From Utricularia gibba (Eukaryota > Plantae > Magnoliophyta), in NCBI GenBank assembly GCA_002189035.1, contig NEEC01000015.1:2046001-2110000 (forward strand): a stretch of DNA of 64,000 nt. The letters are read 5' to 3'. The notes under the pieces are model-generated. The model was not told where the DNA came from. It did no database searches and saw only the letters and a list, made by a program, of their open reading frames with translations. Below are positions 35,067-49,918 of the stretch, piece by piece (within the stretch, counting starts at the first letter, position 1; each line of letters begins with the position of its first letter). The position numbers and the translations under genes were made by a program.

Positions 35067-38000
35067 ATGGAGGACAAAGAAACGGAGCTGCTCTCTCGAG
35101 TGGCGGCAAACCACTTGTTACTGGGGCAATTCGAGCCGTTTCGGGCAATGATTTGCAGCCTCAGGGCACGAAGCCCTGAAATCGCCAGGACTATTCTGCA
35201 AACGGTGATTGCAAAGGGTGGCCGAGTGGGTTTTCCGGACCCCGTTCTGTGGTCTGCGTCATGTCCTTCTCCCGCGCTACTTACTTTCATGTGCACTCAG
35301 GAGTTGCTTCATTTCCCTGATCCCACTTCTGGTTGCTGGTCTTTTGATCCCAACATGCTCAAATTGCGGGCTGAGTTTTTGTTATACCTGCATATTGCTT
35401 GTTCTAGAGTTTTGGAGAAGGCTGAGGATGGGGTGAAGCGGAAGGGAGAGGAGGTGGTTGACTCGGACTGCATGGACAGTGAAGAGCTACGGATTTTGGG
35501 AAAAGTTTCTAATGTGGGATTGTTCCGGTTAAGGTCTGATTTGATTGAATCGGAGGAAAACGAAGAGTTGGATCAGAGTGTTTTCGATGAGGGAGAATTG
35601 ATGAAATTGTGTGGGACTATCATTGAGAGCCCTGATATTTTTGATGCTTTGTGTGCGAACATAAGAGAGCAGTTGCCACAAGAGGAGAAAGAAGATTCAA
35701 GCTTGGCAATCACTGTCAGAAAGAGGATCAGAGTAACGCACCAGGAAGAGAAACTGGTTGAATTGCTGAAACTTATCCTGAAGTGTGTTCAGGTGGCTCA
35801 CTTAGATGCCATGAGGTGGTCCTTGGAGAAGGGCGATGAGATTGGTGCCGTTGCACGTGTGCGGTTTCTTGATGTGAGCTGTGGTCTTGAAGAGTCTGAA
35901 TATCGGTATAGGCAACTTCAATAATCTTGATTTTGATTTTTTAACTCGATAATTATTGGAGAAGTGTATTGAGGGAATTGGGTTGCTCATTATTATTACA
36001 CAAACAGTCTTTATATTCATTATAGATGCATATTTTTCTAAAGTCTAGATGAAATGACTTGAGAAGCACAATCACCGATGGCAGAACTTGCCGTGTTTGT
36101 TGTTGTACAGTTTTGTTTACATGTATGCTGATTTTATTTCTGGAAATAGATAAACGTGTATACAATAAATTACTGAAGGCTTTTCTGTTCATTGTCTATT
36201 TTTCACTTTGCTCACAGGATATTCTTAACTAGATATATAGCGAGTTTCCTTTAATAAGGAATAAAGAATTTCTAGGATTGTCTCTGTGAAAAGTCAATCG
36301 GAAAGTTTATCTAGTAGATAATATTGATGAGTGGTATAAACGAGTGAGGATTCCCAACATTTCCTTGTGCATGCTACCTTCATGGTTTGATGTTATTTGA
36401 TATTCGAAGACAATTAAGATACCAAAGGTCTGTTCAGCATGTGAATTTTAGAGTTGCAGAATTTCTATGCCTGCATTTTTTGCAGTCTTTTGAGGATTGC
36501 ATAGCTTTAATATAGTTCTAAACTAGCACTGCATCATTCCACTGCAGAAATTTTTTATGCCATATGATTGGGCTTTTGCATGCTAAAGCAAAAAGATGAG
36601 GAGCCCGTATGGTGGTTATTGATAGAATCATTATCCTATTCTTTCTCTATCTTTTTTTTTCCACTTTGAACCCATGGTGATGCAATTTTAATTCTTGAAT
36701 AGCATAATCTTGCAAGATCTTCTGAAGACAATGTTGTTGGGAGCACATGATTCCGAAGATGCCACACTCCATATACAAAATAAAGTGCTTTCTCTCTATA
36801 AAGAAGCAATTTCGTCTCATTGCACACGTATTGTACAGATTCTTCAGGTTTGTCTGAAAGGTTCCATTGTGTTTCTTATTCCATAGCACTCAAATTGTAT
36901 GTTTTTCACTGACGTGTGCCTTACAGGTGTCTTTTTTCTTTATCTCATTGATTCTGCATTAATTGTAAAGGAGGTAATTCGCTGTTCGATATGCTAGGTC
37001 AGGGTTATGATGTAGATGAGTGAATTACACAATCTGTAGCTCCATTTCAAGCAAAAAGAATATCACATCCAATTTAAAGTAATGTAATTTTCTTTAATCA
37101 ATAAATGTGTCAACATGATATTTATTTCATCTAACTACATAATAAAGCACATTTTTTTTTGTTTTAAAAAATTACTGTCATTATATTCTGTCTGTGTAAG
37201 ACCGTGTTTCTGAATCATTGATCAAATGGAATTGTAAGGTGTTGGATGAAAGCATGTCAATTTCTGTATAGTATCTATCGCTCTGGCTTTATCTATTTGA
37301 GCTTTTTTCCTTGTTAGTAAGTCAGTGAAGTGTGCATTTAAGCATCATATAGTGAACTATCTTCAATCAACGTTGTGTGTGATTTTATTTGACATTAATA
37401 TGTGTGTTAGGATCACTTTGTTTTTTGAGTGGGCTTGTGCATGAGTTCCAGATGCCTTATTTTTATCCTGCTGTTTGAAGTGACCCTTCTACATGTAATT
37501 GGTACAGTTGATTCAAGATAATTTACTCCTTGAAGAGGTTGCTGTCCATGATACTTACAACCATATTCCTCTCTCTCTTTGGTGCCTCCGAAGGTCTTTA
37601 ACTGAATTAAGACCTGAGATGACTCAAGCCGATCAGTGCATCAAACTAAAAGCATCTTGTAAAAGAGCCATATATCATTATGCTCGTCTTCGGGGATTGC
37701 ATGTCTTTGATTTAATTGTTAATACTGCATTGTCTCTCGTGCAGAAAGAGATGATTCAAGAGGCCTCCCAGGTTTTTAAGTTCCCTGACCTCTATTTTTC
37801 TGTCTTAGAATAGTTCTTTTTTCTTTTCAAACTTCATGGAAAAAGACGGTTCTCTTGGTGAAATTCTTAATATTTGTATTTATTATTACATAATTCTTTG
37901 TCAAGGGTGTATGCTTCACATCCATAAATTTATTTCGGTTTTTTGCCAATTTAATCATCCCATGAGTTCATTTTAAGTAATTAATTTACATCAACAAAAG

Positions 38001-41000
38001 AATAAAATTTCAATGAACTCTAGGTTCTGTCATTGTTTCCTCGGCTTCAACCTCTGGTGTCAGCCTTGGGTTGGGACCTTTTGGTCGGTAAAACCACATC
38101 CAGAAGAAATTTGATGCGTTCCTTGTGGATCAGTAAACATCAAGCACTTCATTTTGAAGAATCTTCTTCATGTGAGGACAATTCAGATAAGGTTAATTGT
38201 TTACTTGCTCTGGAATTAAAATGCACCTTCATTCAGGCACCGGAAGTGCAGCATTACCATGTATATCTAATAATTGTCTTCTTTATTTGAACTAATAGAA
38301 TTGCTTAACACTCATTATTCCTCAGGTTTCCTGTGTTGAACATCTTTGTGATACATTATGCTATTGGCTTGATATTGCCTCATTTGTTGCTTGCATAAAT
38401 TCTGGTCAATTTTGGAATTGCAAATCCTCCCTTCTCTTATCTGGAAAAAGTTTTGTGGAATTTGGGACTATGGAAACTCACTCTGATCCCTTTGTGGAGA
38501 ACTTTGTGCTGGAGCGATTATCGGTCCAGAGCCCTCTTCGGGTACAGTACTATGCTTCATTTATTGAGTTGTTTCCATGATTGTTTTTCTCAATAATGGC
38601 TGCAGAGTAATTGCTCATTTTTTTTATAGTAAATATGTTGTACTCTTTTTAGGTAATCCTTGATCTGGTTCCTCGTATAAATTATCAAGATGCAATTGAA
38701 CTGCTTGGTATGCAACCCATTATGTCTGCTCCAGCTGCACAGAAGAGGTGTGCCTCTAAGTTCTTGTTACTTTGCTGTTGTCTTGGATATCATTGCACAT
38801 CTCAGTGCTCTATGTTGCATTTTCTGGCAGGATGCAAGATATTGAGCTTTTACGCATGCGATACGCTCTTGATTATGCTGTTCTTGCAATTGGAGCCATG
38901 GAAAATAGTGTTGCTGATGTTGGAGGACATTGGAAAATAATGAGATATGTAAAAGAACTGAGTAATCATTTGGATGCAATTAAGAACATCTCTCGCAAGG
39001 TTTGTTGAGTGTTGACTTTTCATGGTATTCATAAATGAAATGCTTTTGGATGATCTTTATCCTTGTCTCAGCTTTTTCGCAAATTCATTGGGTTTGTGGT
39101 ATCTGAACTATTTTTTTTTTTTTTTTTGGATGCTTTCTTATCTGTTACGATGATTCATGCATTTGGGGTGATCCTTAAATTTTTCTTTGTCTCAGTCTTT
39201 TCTGTTACAAGGACACAGTGTAGGGTTTTGGGTCCTCTCTCATCTACATCACCTTTGTATGAACAATATATGATATTTTTGTTCTTCTTTGCATGGTATG
39301 CAGGTATATATTGTCAACATCATAATCTCTCTTCTGCACATGAACAATGTGTCTGTTGATTCTTCTCCGTATGATTCAATTGGATTATCTTCAAAGTCAA
39401 ATGATTCTAATAATGAGGCGCATGATGATCCATCATCGCATTCACCTGAGTTGGTGTCCTCTTTTATTGGCGAGGTCCTTCGTATTTTGAAGGAACAGCT
39501 ACCATTATCATTGACCTACAGCGAAAGTTCCTTAGACAAGGGTATATCAGCTGGAAGCAAGCAAGGATTAGAATGGAGATTTTTTAAAGCAAAGAGTTTC
39601 ATTGAGGACTGGGAATGGCGCTTGACAGTTTTGCATTGGCTTTTACCATCATATGGGCGCCAAGTGAGATGGAAGGAGGCTCTGATTGTTTTGCATGCTG
39701 CCCCTTCTAAACTGCTTAATATGTAAGTTGATGTACGTATTTTGAATTTCGTTTTGATGCTTTTGTTGACTACATTCTTTTATGAGTCCGTATTTTTCTT
39801 GGAATCTGGTTCCCTTGTCCTTGGACATCAAATGACTTAATGTGAGTATGTTGTTTTATCGTTTGATGTAACTCATTCATGATCTTTTAACCAAATAGTA
39901 TCTAAGTTTTAATGAGCAATTGTTGCTCTAATATTTTGAGTGGGCCGTTAATTCATGATGTGTAGATGAAAGTGGTGCCATAATTTCATTATCTTATTTC
40001 AGCTGCATGCAGAGGGAAAAATTTGATATTGGAGAGGAAACCATTTCAAGGTATTCGTTATCTCAGGAAGACAAAGCAATGCTGGGATTGACTGAATGGG
40101 TGGACAGAGCCTTTCAGAAAGCTTCTGTATGTCTTTATTCTCTTGTTCATTATCTTTTTTCTGTGTTTTGTGTATCTCAGCTTTGTTAGTCACTTCGGTT
40201 TTTCAGTTTCCTTATTTATATACGAAGATTTTGAACATTTGATTTTGTTGAGTGATTTTATTTGCAATCATTTACCTACGTACTCTAGTGTGGTTTACTG
40301 AAGTTTTTAGTTCTGCTACTGGTAGGTGGAAGATGTGCATATGCACACAGCTGATGATTCCTCTGTTCAAGATTTGAATTTCCTGTCCTGGCGCTCAGAA
40401 TTGGGTCCTTTGGCAGCTGTAAGTTTCATCCATGTCTGTTCTTTCTAAAGCACTGTTTCATTGTGAAGAATATGTTTAGAATGACATCTTTGCCCTTTTC
40501 GCTCTGCAGATCCTCTTGTGCATTGATGTCGCTGTTGCATGTTCAAAGTCAACAAATGTGTCCTTGACTCTCCTTAATGAAGTAAATCTTCCTTGCATTT
40601 TAGGGTTCATGTTTATGTCACATACATTATTGATTATTTTTGTTGCTGGGTGTGTTTAAACTAAAATTTCTTTTCTATCTGCATTCTTGCTTGTCCATAG
40701 TATTTAGGGCGCTATGGGCATTGTGGCTCATTGCAGAATATAATGTGTCCTTCACCCCCATAGTGATTGAATAGTTGTTCATTTATGATTATATTTGGAT
40801 GTGGGGTTTTGAAATAATTGATTTTTACTTGTAGGCTCAAGTTATCCTCTCTGAGATCTATCCTGGTGGTGCTGTGAAGATTGGTTCAAATTATTGGGAT
40901 CAAGTTTATGAAATGGCTTTGATATCTGTCATGAAGCGTGTCCTTAGGCATCTTTTTGAGTTACTGGAACAGGTAAACAATTCTTTGTATGTGATTTAGT

Positions 41001-44000
41001 TATCAAATGAGAGGATGCATTTTATGGTGTGTTATTTGCTATTCTTTATGACATTTGACATTCATTCCTCACTTTAGAGGGCCAGTTCAGTAGTTGTAGC
41101 TGCATTTGTCCTTTTTTAGATGTGTATTATTTCCTACTAGAATAAATGTGCTGCTACGTCATCTTGATTAAATGAAACGCATAAATTTTACAATTCCAAT
41201 CTTTTTTAGATCACATGCATCCTCAGGCACTGTTATCTCATATGCTATGAATGCTGAGTCTTCTGTCTCTCTTTATCTACAGTATGAGCCACTAGCACTT
41301 CCAGATATTTTGTCAGGAAAAATGGTCATTTCCTCCTCAAAGGGCTTAACTACACATGGAAACAGAGATCGTGCTCTTGTTATGCTTGATCAAATGATTG
41401 AAGATGCTTACATGGGAAAGCGACAATTCCTCAGTGGTTAGCTTTTCTTTTTAGTTAGCAAAGATGCCTGCGTAACCATTGGCTTGCAGAAACTGGTAAT
41501 TCTTTAAGGCTTTAATTGTTTAAGTGTTGAAACAGGTAAGCTGCACAACTTAGCAAGAGCTATTGCCGATGTGGAAAGAGAAAAAGATTATGCTAATGTT
41601 GCAGCGGAAGGTATGGAGGTTGACTTGAATGGGATCATCGGACTGGGTTTTAAAACTGTAAGGCAGTCATCTACTACCCAGAGGGAACATGCTGCAGCTT
41701 CTTCAAGTTATGATGTCAAAGATGTGGAAAAGAGTATTTTTCGTCCAGTGGGTTCCAAGAACACCACATTCCTGTCTCAGTTCATTCTCCACATTGCTGC
41801 GATTGGTGACATTGTTGATGGGAGGGATTCAACTGATGACTTCAACTATTTCTCTCTTGTGTATGAGTATCCAAAAGATGTAAGCCTTCTTCAACAGCTT
41901 TGGTTTATTCCACTTTAAGTTGTCATCAAGCAGAATAAATGTGTGAGATGCTCTGCCATTTTTGTATGACCACTCAATTAAATATCTGCATGAGCTGAGT
42001 GCTACGAAAATGGAAGTAACTGTGACAATACTTTTTTCAGTTGTAAACTTGTGTACTGCAAGAGTTTTTTTACTCACCACTTAAAGCATGAGCAATATCT
42101 ACATGAACCTGGATTATATTGAATGGCATCTTCTTGTTCTTCTTCTTGTAGCTATTAACTCGTCTATTATTTGAGCAAGGGAATACTGATGCTGCGGGAA
42201 AGGCAGCAGAGATAATGAACTCAGATTTTGTTCATGAAATAATTTCTGCATGCATTCCTCCTGTTTACCCTCCTAGATCTGGTCACGGTTGGGCTTCTAT
42301 TCCGGTTATTCCTGCTGTTTCTAAGAATCACTCAGAAGCAATGGTTGTCTCACCATCTTCTAGAGAAGCCAAGGAGAAGTTTTACACTCGTTCTTCTGCA
42401 TTTCTGGGAGTCCCTTTATACCCTCTGAAATTGGATATTGTAAAGCACCTTGTCAAGTTATCTGCTGTCAGGGCTATTCTTGCGTGTGTGCTTGGAAGTA
42501 CTATGCTACATTATGGCAATGAGTCATCCATCTCTTCCTTACATGATGGCTTACTTCCAACAACTGATGTTGGTAGATCCTTCTATGAATTTGCTCTGGA
42601 TCAGTCTGAGAGGTTTCTTTTATCAGGATATATATACAACCGTTTATTATTGTCTAATTTCTTTTTCACAAACTTTTCACCATTTTTATGAACAGGTTTC
42701 CTACCTTGAATCGCTGGATTCAAATGCAAACTAACCTGCATCGAGTTTCTGAGGTTGCATTTTCAAAAGCGCATGGAGTGGATGACTCTAAAGCCAACCC
42801 AGAGTCAAAAGTTGCTATGAAACGATATCGTGAAGATGACCCAGAAACTGATTCAGAAGATGAGGATTTTGATGGTGGCTCCGGCGCTTCATCTGCAACA
42901 CTGGGTGTTCAGGATAACCGTAATGTTTCTTCTGTCACTCCGCACGAATCTACAAAGTCTGTATCCATTGAACATGACAAGACAAATTTTCTTTCTTTTG
43001 ACTGGGAGAATGAAGGATTGTTTGAAAAAGCCATAGAGAGGTCTGATACCTTTTCCATAAGTGCAGATATTTACATTTGTCTTCCTTCACACCAGTTGAT
43101 GACCAATGCTTGCCTTGATTGCTCTACTGTAGAATGATCGATGAGGACAAATTATACGAAGCTTTTGCCCTGTCTGACCGTGTTTTACGTAGTGGAGCCT
43201 CAGACTCGTTACTTCAACTGCTTATCATTCATGAAGAGGAGAATACTTTTTCAGAGATGCCCCAAAGTATTTCTGGCCGTGGCATCTGGAGCAATAGTTG
43301 GAAGTATTGTCTACGGTTGAAAGATAAAGTTCTTGCAGCTACACTCGCTCTAAAGTATGGATATATGAAATATCTGTTTTCAATGTTTAGTAGGAATTTT
43401 TGGATTGTCTTTTATTTGCTGCTGATTACTTTGAGTATATGGGTGCTTTTTCTAAATTTGTTTTCTGCATTTATGTTCTTGTGTATCTCAGCTCCCCTTT
43501 TAACGTCTCTCGCTTTGTATTAGATATTTACATAAGTGGGAACTGCAACCAGCTTTGGATATTCTGACGATGTGTATTTGCCATTTAGCTGATGGTAGTC
43601 TGCTTAAGATGGAGGTGCCAATTTTTACAACTTTATATTTTTTTTGTTCTAAAATTATTCAAGAGAATATTATCTTTTCTTCTTGAAACTTCTTATAGGT
43701 TATTGAAAGGAGAAAAGCTCTTTGTAGGTATAAGCGTATTTTATGTGCAGATGAATGCTATGGTAGCTGGCAAGAGGTTAATTGTCTTTTAAAATAGAGA
43801 AAAATAAATAACCTGCCAATTTTGAATCGTATAGTTACTCTATATATACTTTTTTATTTTCTATAGGTGGAGATGGATTGCAAGGAAGATCCTGAGGGTC
43901 TTGCACTTAGATTGGCGGAAAAAGGAGAAGTTTCTGCTGCTTTAGAAGTGGCTGAAAGTGAAAAACTTTCTGTTGGTTTATGCAGAGAACTTCAAGGTCG

Positions 44001-47000
44001 TCAACTTGTCAAGCTTCTTGGGGCAGACCCTATCAATGGCGGAGGTCCTGCTGAAGCTTCACGGTTTCTTTCTTCTCTTCGTGATTCTGAGGATGCTTTG
44101 CCTGTGGCAATCAGTGCAATGCAGCTATTGCCAAACCTTAAGTCCAAGCAGCTTCTTGTGCGTATAGCAATTTGTTTCTTTTTTCCCCTTTGAATCAACT
44201 GAAAGAATCTTTGACTCTTTTCTTGGTTTTCGTGAGTTAATCTGTGTTTGCTTCTGCTAAGGTGCACTTCTTCCTGAAGAGGAAAAATGGAAATTTGTCT
44301 GAGGTTGAGGTTTGCCGTCTGAATACATGGGCTCTTGGGCTTCGTGTGTTGGCTACCCTACCATTGCCATGGCAGCAGAGATGTTCATCTCTTCATGAGC
44401 ATCCTCAGTTGATTCTTGAAGTCTTGCTGATGAGGAAGCAACTAGAATCTGCTTCTGTGGTAGGTTTGGTTTTATCATTTTTTTTGCTTGTTCAATTCTT
44501 TTGTAAACTTGATTACTGGTTCTTCCAGATTTTGAAAGAGTTCCCTCAATTGAGAAACAATAACATGATCCTGGTGTATGCAACCAAAGCCATTGCTATT
44601 AGCGTGAATTCCTCTGCCAGGGACGTTAGAGTATCTGTTTCTGGTACAAGACAGAGGCAAAGGCCAAAGGCTACTGCTCCAGCAAAGCCATCGTTTAGTA
44701 GCAGCTTAAGCAACATACAGAAGGAGGCTCGGAGAGCATTTTCATGGTCTCCTCGTAACTCTGGGGATAAAGTTGCAACAGCTGATGCCCGTAGGAAGAG
44801 AAAGAACTCTGTAATAAGCCAAACTGAAAAGGTTGCATGGGAGGCAATGTCGGAGATTCAGGAAGCGCATATTCCTGAGTATACCACGGAGGGACAAGAT
44901 AGGCTTCATGTTTTATCAATTGCTGCAGAGTGGATGCTCACAGGTGATTTAAAAAAGGATGAGGCTGTTCGTTCTTCTCATCACTATGATACTGCACCTG
45001 ACATTACATTATTCAGGGTATGTTTCTATACCTTTCTTTTTTGTAATAGTCTCAGTTGGAAAAAAAATGTAAAATGTTTCTATATGCCTAGAATGTTGCA
45101 CTACTCAATTCAATACCTTTGTTCCATGCTAGCTAGAATGGTACATAATATGTGTCGTTCCTTGGATGCTCTAGCTCAGGTCACTTAGGATATGATGCTA
45201 GAAACGGAAAAAGTGTGTCAATTTTTGGCCCAGGGAGATCACCATTCAGGCGTCAAATAATTTATTAGTGTCATGCATCATATCTCCCCCCGCCCCCTTT
45301 TACTTGAAAAATTATAACCTATATGTTGACTTCTGTTGTCATAAGGTGCTGCTTTCACTATGTTCTGATGAAATGGCTGCGGGCAAGGGTGCTCTGGATT
45401 TATGTGTTAACCAGATTAAAAATGTTTTGAGTTCTCAGTCACTACCAGATAATGCATCTGTGGAAACTATTGGCCGAGCATATCATGCAACAGAAACATT
45501 TGTGCAAGTACGTTGTCTGGTTATTTAAGTGGATGAGGGACTGTAGTTTTCCCATATAAATATGTGTATATGTTCCTTCTGCATCACACAGGGACTGCTG
45601 TTTGCTAAAGCTCAGCTGAGAAAATTTTCAGGAACGGCTGATTTGTCTAGTATCTCAGAAAAAATCCGTGACACTGATGATGCGTCTCCTGATGCTGCTA
45701 GCTCCAGTATGGATAGTCAATCTACTGATGAATTATCTGAAGCACTATCACTAGTTAACATCTGGGTACGGCGTGCTGAGCTGCTCCAAAGTCTTTTGGG
45801 ATCAGGAATAGCTGTTTCCCTTGATGATGTCGCAGATGAGGAGTCATCTGCACGTCTCAGAGATCGATTGATTCAAGAAGAAAGATACAGTATGGCAGTG
45901 TACACTTGTAAGAAGTGTAAGGTATAATGCAATTATAGGTTATCATCTCTTCTTTTTCATGTTACAGAAAATAAAGAGCAGTGATTTAATATATTTCAGA
46001 TTGATGCTTTCCCTGTTTGGTATTCCTGGGGCATGCACTACTACAAATAAACCATTATGCTCAGGCTCGTGTGAAGTTCAAGTAAGTTAATTTTTTAACA
46101 GGTGTCAGAGTACATACCCAATCTGGCAGCTTGCAATGTGAATATGCCTGTTGCTCATCTGTATTATGGTTTCTGTTGGTAATGATTCATTCTTTTTTGT
46201 TTATTCTCCATCATGAATCTCAATGCACAGGCAAGCTCTGCAGCTTTATAAAGGTGATGCTGGGTTTCTGATCCTGGAGATTATCAGTGCTATTGAGGAT
46301 GGTCCACCTGTTGATGTTTCTTCTGTCCGGTCCATGTAAGATTATCTGACCTGAAGTTACTTTATATATAGAGTTTCAATCTTTGAAAGAAGTTAACTAT
46401 GTATGTGCTAGCATAAGGCTTTATATATGATTCAGATGCATTATCTGACATCTAAATGCTTTATTGTTTATTTATTTTTATAGTATCCATTATCATGTAG
46501 GTATGAGCATTTGAGCAAAAGTGAACCTGCAGCCTTTGATTATCCCCTTTCTGCTGACTCGTATCTCAAAGTACTGTACATGCCTTCAATATCTCCGAGG
46601 TCTGAAAAATCAAGAAGATTCCTAGAGGCTTCGAATTCTTCACAAGGCTCAGAAATTGAAGAAGAACGTGGCAGCAACCTTGATAATATAAAGTACCTTG
46701 AGTGCCTAAACTACTTGCAAGAGGTTAGAGCTCAGTTTACCTTTCCTTTTCAGCCTGTTCATGCTAATATAATTAAGCCAAACATGAAAAGTATCACAAA
46801 ACCATTTAGGCCTCCAATATGTATACTGTTGTAATATTTGAAGTGATAATGTTTCTTTTATTTTTGTTCATCAGTACATATCTCTACCTTTAATTAATTG
46901 TGCAATTGCATTGCAGTATGCCCGTCAACATTTACTCACCTTTTTATTTCGGCATGATGGCTACAAGGAAGCTTGCTTATTGTTTTTCCCTGCCAATTCT

Positions 47001-49918
47001 ATTCCTCATCCTTCGCAATCATCATTAGCTGGATCAGCTGCTTCTTCTCCCCAACGGCCTGATCCATTAGCAACAGATTATGGAACAGTTGATGATCTAT
47101 GTGAATTGTGTGTTGCTTATGGTGCCATGGATATTCTGGAGGAAGTGATTTTGTCAAGGTCTGAAACTACAGACAATGAGTTGGTAACTCAGCACACTGC
47201 TGCAGCTGTAAACCGTATATGTGTTTATGCTGAAACTCATAAGTATTTCAATTATCTGTACAAGTTCCTGGTATGTTCCTGCTCGGGCTTTATCTTCAGT
47301 AGTCCCAAACCATTTTTCAAAACAAAACGCATTTTAATGTTAGCACAGTTCTTCTGTGGATTTCCCATGTGCTAATGTAGTTATTGTTAAACTTGAGACA
47401 AGTACTTAGGGTGATTCAATTTGTCTTGATTGATTTCCTAAAAGAAATGCATGCACGGCTTCAGCATTCAGTATCCTTTCTAGAATCTTAGGAGCAGTGC
47501 TAGTTTTTTGTTGTTGATGTTCATGAATCATTAAAAAGTGTGAATCCTCCCCCTTATGATGCCAACAGCGCATAAATATTTTCTTGATAATGTAACCGAT
47601 TGCCACTGTTAGATAACTAATCATTTCCTTCAAACGTTAACTTATATTATTCAATATGGATTGAATATATCCAACCCCATAGTGTAGGAAAAAGATCATG
47701 ATGTATTGTCTTATAATACATTAACTGTTAGATACATTAACAATGTGTGTGAGTTGTTTGTTTAGGTGATCAAGAAGGATCATGTAGCTGCAGGCCTTTG
47801 TTGTATTCAGTTATTCATAAACTCAGTCACCCAGGATGTCGCCATAAAGCACTTGGAAAATGCGAAGGTTGGCATAACCCTCTTTCTTAGTGTGTTATGC
47901 GTTTTACAAAAGCATGTGTTTTAGTTTCACAGAGCTGTATTATGTATTCACATCATCCTGGGGATGATAAACCTTTTATGGAAGAATGTCAAATAAACAG
48001 CATCACGGTGTTGATGTGTTCAGGGCATTGACTTCCTCAAGTTTTTGTATTTGATGACGAGGTTAATGTCACTGAAAGTAATAAATATGAATATGTGAAT
48101 TTGAGATCAAGTTTTGTGAAACATTCATCTTTTATAACTAAATATTATTGCAGTTTTGACTCAACAATAATTCGCTTTCTTCAACTGATCCAACGTTGAT
48201 GTTTCATGGGCATAGATGCATTTTGATGAAGGATTATCAGCACGATATAGGGTGGGAGATCAATCAAAACCCATGTCAAAAGTTGCAAAGGGAAAAAGTG
48301 CATCAGAGAGGCTTACGGAAGAAGGATTAGTTAAATTTTCTGCCCGGGTCACCATTCAGGTAACTGTATAAGATGATAATGGTATATATAAAAGCATGCA
48401 TCATTCAATTGTTTCCTTGGATGATTGATTAACACCCAGCATAGTTCTCCAGTTTATCATTTTTCTAGATGACAAAGACAAGTTTTTGTACTCTGGTTTT
48501 TGAATTTTGTTCATGCCTTAGATTGATATTGTGAGAGCGTTCAACGAGGTGGATAAACCACAATGGAAATATTCCATTTTTGGTAATCCAAACGACCCTG
48601 AGACATTCAGGTTGCTCTTTCATAACCCCGTTTATCCTTGAATTTTTCATTTAACTAGTAAAAATTTAGGGGAAGCTGCCTTTTCCACCGAGGTGGTTCT
48701 TGAGTCCTATTATCTGTGTGTGAATGTAGAAGAAGATGCAAAATTGCTGAAACTCTTGCTGAGAAGAACTTCGACTTGGTTTTCCGAGTGATATATGAGT
48801 TCAACCTTCCAGGTATCTTTCTTAAGTGTTAACGCGCATTTCCAGTGATGGTATCTTTTACATGGTCTTTTTAGAAGATTTTCTCATCGTTATTGTGTCC
48901 TTTTCTAGCTGTTGACATATATGCTGGAGTTGCATCATCACTTGCTGAGAGAAAGAAGGGAGGTCAGCTTACTGAGTTTCTCAGAAATATCAAGGGTACC
49001 ATAGATGACGATGACTGGGATCAGGTATATAAATACAAAGACCCTTTTACACAAAGTATAGGTAGTAGTTCGGGGTTACCATTTGTTGCCTCAGTGTACC
49101 CACAGAGGGTCACAGTCAGGGATCTGGAAAATGAGTCCACTAACCTTCATCCTTCGTGTAGACTGTGTCCTGTGAAAAAAAAGGTGTGCATACCTCTTTT
49201 TTTTTTTAAATCTGGTTCACAGGTCTTGGGAGCCGCGATTAACGTCTATGCTAACAAGCATAAGGAACGCCCAGATCGCCTCATTGACATGCTAACTAGC
49301 AGCCACAGGTACATTTTACTTCCAAGCATGCATTCTGCGAAAAATCCATCGTTAGGGGTTATCCAGTATGCAAGCAAGAAACTTCCACCAAATCTTGATT
49401 CATCGGTTACTAGGAGCAGCTTAAGAATTTACTTGCCCGTTAAATCATTGTTACCTCAGACAATATTTGACTTCAAGTGCAAAAGCATTTTCGGAGAAGA
49501 AACAGTTTATTTATTGCTCATGTTAGTGGTCTTACTCCGTTAGTAGAGGTAGACTGGGCAAGGAAGGATCTTTGAATTCGATCATTCCAGTCGACAAGAA
49601 CCTTGGCACCATCTTACAAATCTTGAGCTTGTTCCGCAGGAAAGTACTCGCTTGCGTAGTCTGTGGCCGTCTGAAAACTGCCTTCCAAATAGCATCCCGG
49701 AGTGGAAGCGTGTCCGACGTTCAGTATGTGGCTCATCAGGTTAGTGTCGTACATGCATGCAGCATCATCCATTCAATCTCTTCAGCATCATCCATTCAAT
49801 CTCTTCAGCATCATCACCCGCTGAAATGTGTTGTGAACCTCTCGCTCCACAGGCACTACATGCCAACGCATTCCCAGTTCTGGACATGTGTAAACAGTGG
49901 CTAGCGAATTACATGTAG
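35067..49918 (+). CDS. ZFYVE26: ZFYVE26/spastizin (SPG15) homolog, AP-5 accessory (At2g25730-like); about 35 exons, one apparent +1 frameshift error
   Basis: Start MEDKETELLSRVAANHLLLGQFEP. Conserved blocks DPFVENFVLERL, RFPTLNRWIQMQTNLHRVSE, PINGGGPAEASRFLSSL, PWQQRCSSLHEHP, RYSMAVYTCKKCK and KDHVAAGLCCIQLF. End VLDMCKQWLANYM* (TAG 49916-49918). Hand-spliced exons stay in frame except at 46028-46031. Confidence 0.92.
49760..49815. repeat. 23-bp tandem repeat, about 2.5 copies (CAGCATCATCCATTCAATCTCTT) in the last ZFYVE26 intron
   Basis: Two exact units plus a partial third. Confidence 0.9.
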
